DNA of 64,000 nt, taken from a virus. This document shows positions 56,708-64,000 of the stretch, in pieces. Within the stretch, counting starts at the first letter, position 1. Each line of letters starts with the position of its first letter. Location of the stretch: the IMG/VR virus record IMGVR_UViG_3300027833_001604, positions 1 to 64,000 of that record. One strand, given 5' to 3'. A program made the position numbers and the translations under genes. The notes beneath the pieces were generated by a model that saw only the letters and a program-made list of their open reading frames with translations, did no database searches and had not been told where the DNA came from.

Positions 56708-58185
56708 TATATTATTCCTGGTAACAATCTCATGTTTTGATACTCGTAGTATTCACCACCTGGTGTATCACCTGAGAAATATATAGTTTTGTTATTTTGC
56801 AATAACTCGTTGAATAGATCAACGAATGCCGCTTGTGCATTAAAGTTTGGTGAGTTAATATAATTGATTTCATATTGCCAGATATTACTTAGTTGTAACA
56901 ATGCTATACGATCTTTTCCAATTAGACTTGATAAACGTTTCCATTCTTTTACTATGTCAATTTTAATAAATTGATGATCCAGTGTTCTAATAAAATCCCA
57001 ATGCTCTAACCAATCTTCTTCGCTGTCATAACTTTCAATAAAGGCTAATGCATTTTCTTTGTCATACCAGATAAACTCATCACTTGGTAATCCCAAGTCA
57101 GTAATCACATGGAAGTTATCTTTATAGAACTTATCAAAGTCTAATCCATCCCAATGTTTTAATAGATGTTCTGTCCAGCCAATACCAAACGGACTAAAGT
57201 CTGTCCATAATATACGCTTGAGTGTATCACGTTGATGACTGATGTGCTTAAACTGATGTAACCCACTACACGGAACTACAAGTGTATCAATGCCCAGTGG
57301 GTCACCACCTGGAACATGTTCTGTATTAGTAACATACATAATATGTGTGTCCATTACTTTATATTGAAATAGTTCACGCTTGTCATCATTTACTAAATTA
57401 TATCCGTAACTACGACTTTCGTCAAGGCTAAGTCTTGTGTTAAAGTCATAATCAAAAAACCATTCTTTTGTAAATTCTAAATCATCTTCTACATAGCAAC
57501 ATATCTTATGATTACGTATATCGTAATCTAAGTTATGTATTGTTAAACCATTTAAAAATGCTAACGGAAATAACGTATTAAAAAAGTCATCATTAAAATC
57601 TTCTGGCTTATCAATTATTTCGCTGTCACCGTCAAACACTGCATCTTTGGCAGATACCCATGTAGGGGTGTAGTTATCATGCATATGTTCAGTTGATGAT
57701 CTATAGCTTGGATGTTGTTGTAACTGATCACCAATATTCTCTAAACTTTCAAACTGTGATAATAAAGGTTCAAATGCTTTAAGGTTAAGAACAATGCATT
57801 GCTCATGCCACTTAGGAGCCTGTCCTACATAGTCTATAATATGACCAGCTGCTAACCAATCAGTTTTGTTCCACTTGTTATCTATTGCATTTATTACTTC
57901 CTCGTCAAACTCTGTTTCGCCTGGCCAATTCCCATCAAACCAAATCACAGCATTTTGATATCCAAGAATACATAGATGTCTAATAGCATCTCCAAAAAAT
58001 CCTTCACGATATCTATCACAATGCAAGAAAGAATATTCTGTGCTGTTGTTAATATTGATTTGCATAAGTTTTTTTAGTTTGCCTGCATAAGCATCTTCTT
58101 CTTTTAAAGCAGGATGCAATACTTCATTGAAGAACACATGAACTATCTTATTATCTTTTAACTCTGGTTTTATTTTTAAATACAT
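56707..58185 (-). CDS. hypothetical two-domain protein (paralog of 58185-59636)
   Basis: Shared WF[DE]G, NTE, W.DF and SNI..Y motifs. Confidence 0.6.
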   Translation of the reverse strand: MYLKIKPELKDNKIVHVFFNEVLHPALKEEDAYAGKLKKLMQININNSTEYSFLHCDRYREGFFGDAIRHLCILGYQNAVIWFDGNWPGETEFDEEVINAIDNKWNKTDWLAAGHIIDYVGQAPKWHEQCIVLNLKAFEPLLSQFESLENIGDQLQQHPSYRSSTEHMHDNYTPTWVSAKDAVFDGDSEIIDKPEDFNDDFFNTLFPLAFLNGLTIHNLDYDIRNHKICCYVEDDLEFTKEWFFDYDFNTRLSLDESRSYGYNLVNDDKRELFQYKVMDTHIMYVTNTEHVPGGDPLGIDTLVVPCSGLHQFKHISHQRDTLKRILWTDFSPFGIGWTEHLLKHWDGLDFDKFYKDNFHVITDLGLPSDEFIWYDKENALAFIESYDSEEDWLEHWDFIRTLDHQFIKIDIVKEWKRLSSLIGKDRIALLQLSNIWQYEINYINSPNFNAQAAFVDLFNELLQNNKTIYFSGDTPGGEYYEYQNMRLLPGII

Positions 58186-59636
58186 TATTCGAATCCTATT
58201 CCTCTATTATCTGTTGCACTAAGAATTGCACTAGCAGGACACATTAAATCATTATCATTTATATCTGTTCCACTAAACCAACTATCTTCGTGTGTGTTAC
58301 ATACTCGTTCTATCATTTGTGTAAAACTTGTTTCAAGTGCAAACGGCTTTGCCATTAGTTTTGGTGTGATATAGCTATATATGTTACTACTCCAAAATAA
58401 TGTTTTGCTGTCATCCATTTGTTTAAACATATCATCGTGGTCGTATATTAGATCAATGTTAAAATATTGATGATTACACTGCTTTACTTTATTCCAAAAC
58501 TCTAACCACTTTACTGGGCCATCAAAGTAATCAATTACTCTCGACCAACGTTCGTGTGCCATTGCTACTAAACGGTCATTACAACCTGGGTGTGCGTGAA
58601 CCCACATGTCTACCCATTTTGGAAAGTCTTCTCCGTTCCAATGCTTTATTGTATCACGTTTAAACTGAACACTATCAGCGTCAAAGTCAAACCATACAAA
58701 ACGTGTATTCTCTGTCATTCCATACTTGTAAGCATAGTATAGAAGCTTAAAACCAGCCGTAGCGCCTACGTATTGCTCAAAGTTAGTATCTAGTGCTTGT
58801 TGTGAAATACTTGGGCTACTAGGCTCTGTATTAACGAAATAGATAGGGCTAGTTGGCCCATGTATTCTACTGATTAATCTATTGCCTTGATTAGATACAA
58901 CGCTATTATTGTATTCTTGTCCTGTAATACCCTTTTCAAATTCTGTTGTTCCCATGTGTGCTTTAGGCGTAAAAACATGTTCCATTAGGTTATCTGATAA
59001 TCCCCACACTGTAAGATTTTGAATGAAACTAAGTTGCATCCAATTGGAACCAAAGTTATGTTGATTTGAAAAATGCTCAGGACGAGGATCTGTAAACTTC
59101 CAATCAGGGTGAACATTAAGTCTGTAGTCACTGTCCTCGTAATTTAAACTTGTATCATAGTTTATACATTCTGGGTGATGTTCTGATTCCCAATATGGAC
59201 TTATGCTGTTATGTTTAATCCATTGTGGTATGTTTATTACTAGTAAAGTTCTTTCAAAGTAAGGATACTTGTCATTACCAGTTCGAAGTTGTCCACTAAT
59301 GATCCAATTTGGATCTTCTTTATTATTACGATCTATTTCATTTAGTAATGTTAAATTAAAATCCATTGTATCAGGCCATACACCTTCAAACCACAAACAT
59401 GCATATTTGTATCCTAATTTGTTCATAGCTGTTAGCCATGTTGCATCATATTGATTGTATACATTAACAATACCACCACGTAAATGATTGTTACATTCTA
59501 CATCTTGCAATACACTAAGTTTTTGTTTTAATATAGGTGTGTCATTGAGTTCTTTGTCAAGTGGCAAAAATGCATTAACGATAGGCCAGCTACCATCCAC
59601 ATGATTATATTCCCAACTTTGTTGACCTTGCTTCAT
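58185..59636 (-). CDS. hypothetical two-domain protein
   Basis: Paralogous to the adjacent gene. Confidence 0.6.
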   Translation of the reverse strand: MKQGQQSWEYNHVDGSWPIVNAFLPLDKELNDTPILKQKLSVLQDVECNNHLRGGIVNVYNQYDATWLTAMNKLGYKYACLWFEGVWPDTMDFNLTLLNEIDRNNKEDPNWIISGQLRTGNDKYPYFERTLLVINIPQWIKHNSISPYWESEHHPECINYDTSLNYEDSDYRLNVHPDWKFTDPRPEHFSNQHNFGSNWMQLSFIQNLTVWGLSDNLMEHVFTPKAHMGTTEFEKGITGQEYNNSVVSNQGNRLISRIHGPTSPIYFVNTEPSSPSISQQALDTNFEQYVGATAGFKLLYYAYKYGMTENTRFVWFDFDADSVQFKRDTIKHWNGEDFPKWVDMWVHAHPGCNDRLVAMAHERWSRVIDYFDGPVKWLEFWNKVKQCNHQYFNIDLIYDHDDMFKQMDDSKTLFWSSNIYSYITPKLMAKPFALETSFTQMIERVCNTHEDSWFSGTDINDNDLMCPASAILSATDNRGIGFE

Positions 59637-59767
59637 TTAGCTGCTTGCTCCAACAGTTGATTTAATTTAATTCGTAACTTGTCTAAATGCTTGTCGCTAA
59701 TTTTTTCAGCCTCGCATACACTTATACGTTCTTTTATGATTTCAATTTCTTTTAGAATATCTTTCAT
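59633..59767 (-). CDS. small helical protein (44 aa, not in ORF track)
   Basis: GGAGG RBS; MKDILKEIEIIKERISVCEAEK...; ATGA overlaps on both sides. Confidence 0.65.
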   Translation of the reverse strand: MKDILKEIEIIKERISVCEAEKISDKHLDKLRIKLNQLLEQAAK

Positions 59768-59943
59768 TCAATTTTCCTCCAATGATGTGTGTCTTGTTCA
59801 GTTGGCAGTTGGCCAATATATTCTTCACCTGTTTCCATATCTATTAGTTTCCATTTGCTTGGACATTTAGTCTTTACTTTTAATGTTATTGCTACATCAT
59901 AAGCAGGCACTTCTGCACCACTGACTCTTAACTTACGGTTCAT
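59764..59943 (-). CDS. small hypothetical protein (59 aa, not in ORF track)
   Basis: MNRKLRVSG...TKCPSKWKLIDMETGEEYIG...; ATGA overlaps. Confidence 0.7.
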   Translation of the reverse strand: MNRKLRVSGAEVPAYDVAITLKVKTKCPSKWKLIDMETGEEYIGQLPTEQDTHHWRKIE

Positions 59944-61175
59944 TTACTTTGTCTTTCGTTTTCCTGTGCTACAATGTCCATACCCTCAAGTGGCATATTC
60001 AAATAAGTCTTAACCATTTTCTTTAGGTTTATATCTTGTTTATAACGTTCTTCTATATCACGTGTATACTTTCGCATACGAGCATATATCATATAATCGC
60101 TTTGATTGTTTTCCATGTAGGTTGCAAACCTTTTCATCTCTGGATGTTCGTGTTGGTTAGCTCGTAACTTTCTAATAATAGCATCTCTGTAGTCGCCTTG
60201 CCAGATTGCTGGAGACAAATACTTAGGGGTATGTAGTATGTTGGCTGTAATAAACTTTAGGTCAACTGGGCTGTCTTTCCAAAACTGAAAGAACTCTGGC
60301 ATTTGATATATGTTGTGTGCTTGCACTGTAATACCAGCGGCAACATCAATTCCAGGTTCATTGTTTAGTGCCATCATGTTAGCGTAAACTGTATCCCAAT
60401 TGCCGTCTTGTCTAATGTAATTGTATACATCATCAATACCGTCCATACTTACTTTAATGTTTACGTGTTTAAATTCATTCCATATTTTAATTAAGTCATA
60501 CTTCTTAAACTTAATATAACTTAGATTAGTAGCATAACGTAATTTTATTTTCTTCTTAAGATCCTGTGGTATTCCAGCTAACAAGTCGTAGTGTTCTTTA
60601 TTAATGATAGGCTCACCGCCAGTAAACTGTAGTGTATGCACTGTGTCCCATAGTTCAGGCCATTCATTTAAACTAGCAAACAAATCAGTTGGACGCAACA
60701 AACGTGTTTCATATCCATCTTTAGTATACTTGCTAATGATGTCTAAGTCTGCTACACGCTTGTAAGAACTGTGTGTGCTACACATAATACACTTTAGGTT
60801 ACAGAAGTTACTTACTTTAAGTTCCACCCAGTAAGGCGGGTTGTTGACGCTGTAATCGTCATTTACGCTTATCTTATCTGCAAATGTATCCCAATTATCT
60901 TTTTCCCATTGTATGCGGTTGCTAACGATTCCACTGTCCTCGTTGTGCCAGCACACTTCACAGCGTTCTGGTCTTTCGTCATTTGCTAAGGCCCGTCTTA
61001 GCTCTTTATAGTTGTCGTTATTCCAGCTCTCAAGTGCTGACTCGCCTGGGTTATTCAATGGGACTTCTTGTGCTTCGCAACATGGAACCATGTCACCACC
61101 AGCACTGCCATAGATATGCATATACGGTAGCATGCAAAAACTTTTGCTATTTTTGAGTTTGTCTTTGTTAATCAT
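59940..61175 (-). CDS. radical SAM protein with N-terminal twitch/SPASM-like domain
   Basis: CMLPY...PCC...CEVC, then CNLKCIMC, GGEP. Confidence 0.9.
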   Translation of the reverse strand: MINKDKLKNSKSFCMLPYMHIYGSAGGDMVPCCEAQEVPLNNPGESALESWNNDNYKELRRALANDERPERCEVCWHNEDSGIVSNRIQWEKDNWDTFADKISVNDDYSVNNPPYWVELKVSNFCNLKCIMCSTHSSYKRVADLDIISKYTKDGYETRLLRPTDLFASLNEWPELWDTVHTLQFTGGEPIINKEHYDLLAGIPQDLKKKIKLRYATNLSYIKFKKYDLIKIWNEFKHVNIKVSMDGIDDVYNYIRQDGNWDTVYANMMALNNEPGIDVAAGITVQAHNIYQMPEFFQFWKDSPVDLKFITANILHTPKYLSPAIWQGDYRDAIIRKLRANQHEHPEMKRFATYMENNQSDYMIYARMRKYTRDIEERYKQDINLKKMVKTYLNMPLEGMDIVAQENERQSK

Positions 61176-62383
61176 TAGTAAGGTATATACTCTATTTTAT
61201 CTTTATACTCTGCTTCACACAAAGTTTTTAATCTGCGTATGCATGGCTCGTTAAAATCAAAGCCACGTATTTTCCAAATATGTTTTAGGTTAGCCAAATA
61301 AGCTGCACTGAAATCTTCAGCACCGTTTGGCTTACACATATCTTCTACTAGTTTTTTCATCTTGTTAACACGGTTAGGATTGATAACCGTTTCATTATAC
61401 TGATAACGAAATGCGTCTAGTAGTTTTTCTTTAAACCAATCAGGCCAGTGTGTAACACTAAGGTTGTTTGGTTCGTATACTGTTTGTAGTATAACATTAT
61501 TTACTTTCTTTACACTGCGGGCCCAAACAACAAAGTCAAACAAGTATAGTATATTCATAATACTAATTGTGCATGCTATATTAACTTTAACTTTGTCTGG
61601 ATACTCTTGCTTAAATGCCAGCCACTTGTCTAGTGTATCTTCTATCTTTTCCCACTTGCTAGGATAACGTATCATGTCATTAAGTTTACCATGTGCGTCA
61701 ATACTCATGCTAAGTGTAAGTTCTTTGAATTGAAACAATGCATCATATTCTGCTTTCTTTGGCCAAAATGTGCAATTGCTAAAAATTTCCATATGTATCT
61801 GTGGAGCCAATCCTGCGTCTGCAAGTCTTAAAACAAACTTCATAAACTGTGGATGCAAGAATGGTTCACCACCTGTAACTTTCATATGCTTTAGATGTTT
61901 TAATGCATCCAAGTCAATTGAATCAAAATCTACAACTTGATTCTTTTTTAGTTTAGTAATCAAGTCAATTGCTGCTTGTGAGTTTTTGTTAAACTTCAAG
62001 TAGTCGTCATCCCAATTGTGACTAAACTCTGGTCCACATGTTTGACATGTTAAGTTGCATAATCTACCCACTGTAATTTCTAAATACTCTAAACGCACCT
62101 CATCAGTAAAGTCTGTAAAGAACTCATCTGCTTCAGTTCTCATACTGCTACCTTTGGTTTCCTCATCAGCTTTACATTTGTAGCAACCAGGGTGCCATTC
62201 ATTACGCATCATAGTTTCACGTATGTCAGTGAACATCTCACCATACACGTTAACATGTTCCTTGTCGCTTTCTTCTAGAAACCTATCATGGAATCTACAA
62301 CAAGGTGTAGTTGGAACACCATGCATAATCATACCCGCTTTAAACGGATATGCACATGCGTTTTTAGGTAGTTGTTTAGACAT
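61175..62383 (-). CDS. radical SAM protein with N-terminal twitch/SPASM-like domain
   Basis: CAYPF...PCC...CYKC, then CNLTCQTC, GGEP. Confidence 0.9.
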   Translation of the reverse strand: MSKQLPKNACAYPFKAGMIMHGVPTTPCCRFHDRFLEESDKEHVNVYGEMFTDIRETMMRNEWHPGCYKCKADEETKGSSMRTEADEFFTDFTDEVRLEYLEITVGRLCNLTCQTCGPEFSHNWDDDYLKFNKNSQAAIDLITKLKKNQVVDFDSIDLDALKHLKHMKVTGGEPFLHPQFMKFVLRLADAGLAPQIHMEIFSNCTFWPKKAEYDALFQFKELTLSMSIDAHGKLNDMIRYPSKWEKIEDTLDKWLAFKQEYPDKVKVNIACTISIMNILYLFDFVVWARSVKKVNNVILQTVYEPNNLSVTHWPDWFKEKLLDAFRYQYNETVINPNRVNKMKKLVEDMCKPNGAEDFSAAYLANLKHIWKIRGFDFNEPCIRRLKTLCEAEYKDKIEYIPY

Positions 62384-63369
62384 TAAAGCCAGGTACCCTT
62401 TTGTTTGTAGTTTTTAAGTGCATGTCTAATGTTTACTCTATTATACACGCCATCTTTTTTAAATCGTTTCCATTGTTCCGCCTCTGGTGCTTGTGCAATG
62501 TGTATTGTATTAGTTGGCTCAAGTCCGTAGTGTTCACATAGTTCTACGTGTTCTTTCATATACTTCTTAGGCATAGTGTCAGGGCTAAAATTTCTCATAA
62601 GCTCGTTTGCAATGCATACGTTTAAGTGAATACCATGCTTCCATTCTGTTTGCACTGCTAATGCGCCTTCGTTTAGTTTACTGAATACGATACCTGCACG
62701 CCAGTTACCACAGCTAAGACCTTTTGTAGTGCTGAATGCAACCATCTTAATACACTTTCTATCAAGGTTAATTTCAATACCGTGACATGTTCCAAACCAA
62801 GCCATGTCTACAAATACAGGAATGTCGTTTGCATCACAGAAGTCTAACGACTCTTCCATCTTGCTATGCTTTGCACCAGTGCCACTAAATGGCAAACTAA
62901 TAAGCAATGCATCGCCTTTTTGCAATGGAGTGTCATCAATGTAACGATGGCTTAACCATTCTTCGCCTAGGATTGCGTCTCTATTGTATGGATACTCTCC
63001 ACGGAACATACGGAACTCACGTCCATTTTGTAAACACCAGTAGTGCCACCAATCCATTCCTTGTGTAGTTCCTAGGCTTACAAACCTATTTGGATAACTA
63101 CGTAAGCCTTCAATTTTATTTAACTTACTGCTTTCAATCCAATCTGGATACAATTCTAAATATGCATCACATTCGTCTTGCATACTAAAGATATCCATGT
63201 TGCCAAACACATGTTCAACTACATGATCATAAAACGGCATATTCCAAATACTGTTGCCGTTTGTTTCAAAAATTTCAGTTAGCTTTTTTGCTTCTTCTAC
63301 ATTAAGATGATCGAACGGACTATAGTGCGGTGTCATCTCGGTTCTGCTTGTTACTTTTTCATTCTTCAT
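62383..63369 (-). CDS. PLP-dependent fold-type I enzyme (aminotransferase-like)
   Basis: GTTQG, VFVDMAW, FSTTKG...RAG. Confidence 0.7.
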   Translation of the reverse strand: MKNEKVTSRTEMTPHYSPFDHLNVEEAKKLTEIFETNGNSIWNMPFYDHVVEHVFGNMDIFSMQDECDAYLELYPDWIESSKLNKIEGLRSYPNRFVSLGTTQGMDWWHYWCLQNGREFRMFRGEYPYNRDAILGEEWLSHRYIDDTPLQKGDALLISLPFSGTGAKHSKMEESLDFCDANDIPVFVDMAWFGTCHGIEINLDRKCIKMVAFSTTKGLSCGNWRAGIVFSKLNEGALAVQTEWKHGIHLNVCIANELMRNFSPDTMPKKYMKEHVELCEHYGLEPTNTIHIAQAPEAEQWKRFKKDGVYNRVNIRHALKNYKQKGTWL

Positions 63370-63946
63370 AATCTAAATCCCTTAATAAAACTTCTTTCCA
63401 ACGCTCACCGTCAAAGAATAATAATTTTGCACGAGTTGAATTGACTTCCATATAAGAAGCTAGTGTTCCTGCTCCTACGGAATGATCCATTTTATCAGCA
63501 TTGTATATGTTATGTAATCGCACCGGTGCATTAATATCTACCTGTTTTGCGGATGCATTAACAACTACTTTAACATCTCTGTCGTTAAGTGATTTTGGAG
63601 TTCCAACCACAAGTTGAGCTTCGTGATATTTACTTGTTCTATATACACCTCTAAAAGCTGCGGTTGTAACTGTAATACTTTTCTCATTGTCTACTTCAAG
63701 TGAGTTTGATATACCAAAGTATATTTGTTGTCCTACATTATCTTCAAAGTTTCCGTTAATTGCTGAATAGTCATGTAATATTCCTCTAAACAAATCTTCA
63801 TTGTTTTCACTTGGAATTTTATCCCATCGCATATTTGTTTGTAATGGGTAATCAAACGAGTTAAAATCGGTTTTATGGTTCTCAAACTTTTCTATATCAA
63901 CTGGCTTAATTTTTTTGTGTGTGTGACGTGCTGGTGTAAAATTCAT
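63359..63946 (-). CDS. hypothetical protein
   Basis: 195-aa ORF coupled to the downstream gene. Confidence 0.6.
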   Translation of the reverse strand: MNFTPARHTHKKIKPVDIEKFENHKTDFNSFDYPLQTNMRWDKIPSENNEDLFRGILHDYSAINGNFEDNVGQQIYFGISNSLEVDNEKSITVTTAAFRGVYRTSKYHEAQLVVGTPKSLNDRDVKVVVNASAKQVDINAPVRLHNIYNADKMDHSVGAGTLASYMEVNSTRAKLLFFDGERWKEVLLRDLDYEE

Positions 63947-64000
63947 TTGTAATTCTTCATTTCTGGTATACTGTTAAATGTATCGGTGTTTCTAAGTCTG

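Noticed and set aside
1-64000. Bacterial chromosome or eukaryotic giant virus origin
   Set aside because: T4-type late promoters, sigma70 promoters with Shine-Dalgarno sites, PolB plus clamp loader, overlapping operonic genes and no housekeeping operons point to a bacteriophage.
1-64000. CRISPR array, tRNA, rRNA, integrase or transposase
   Set aside because: No regularly spaced repeats, cloverleaf/T-loop signatures in intergenic gaps or recombinase motifs were seen by eye. tRNAscan-SE was not run.
1-64000. Genome-wide stop codon reassignment
   Set aside because: Conserved genes are full length in code 11, and TAA, TGA and TAG all terminate genes, often in ATGA overlaps.

Overview
This AT-rich, densely coding 64 kb window is best read as part of a large lytic dsDNA phage genome, distantly T4-like or jumbo-type, probably marine. 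The likely host is an alphaproteobacterium, but that is inference. Support: a family B DNA polymerase, a gp44/RFC-like clamp loader, a DsbA/GapR-like protein, ThyA and DHFR, GroES, T4-type late promoters (TAAATA) and strong sigma70 early promoters. Genes run on + from 1 to 49.4 kb and on - from 49.5 to 64 kb, converging at a hairpin terminator. Main observations: (1) A block at 2.6-15.9 kb where about 11 proteins, including a CCA-adding enzyme and a PD-(D/E)XK-like protein, share an N-terminal M-K/R-I/L-x-E/D-I/L/V...E leader resembling the T4 capsid-targeting sequence. Several look like modular polyproteins with Glu-ended junctions and exact DNA repeats at module borders. (2) Nine radical SAM enzymes plus SGNH-like, 2OG-Fe(II), PLP, SDR, methyltransferase and sugar-dehydrogenase genes, with Fe-S carriers and purine salvage that could support them. 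(3) Leaderless late genes and a palindromic operator inside early promoters. (4) Two candidate pseudoknotted cis-regulatory RNAs. (5) A MotA/ExbB plus ExbD-like membrane cassette. I saw no tRNA, rRNA, CRISPR array or mobile element. All family calls come from motif recognition by eye, not database searches.
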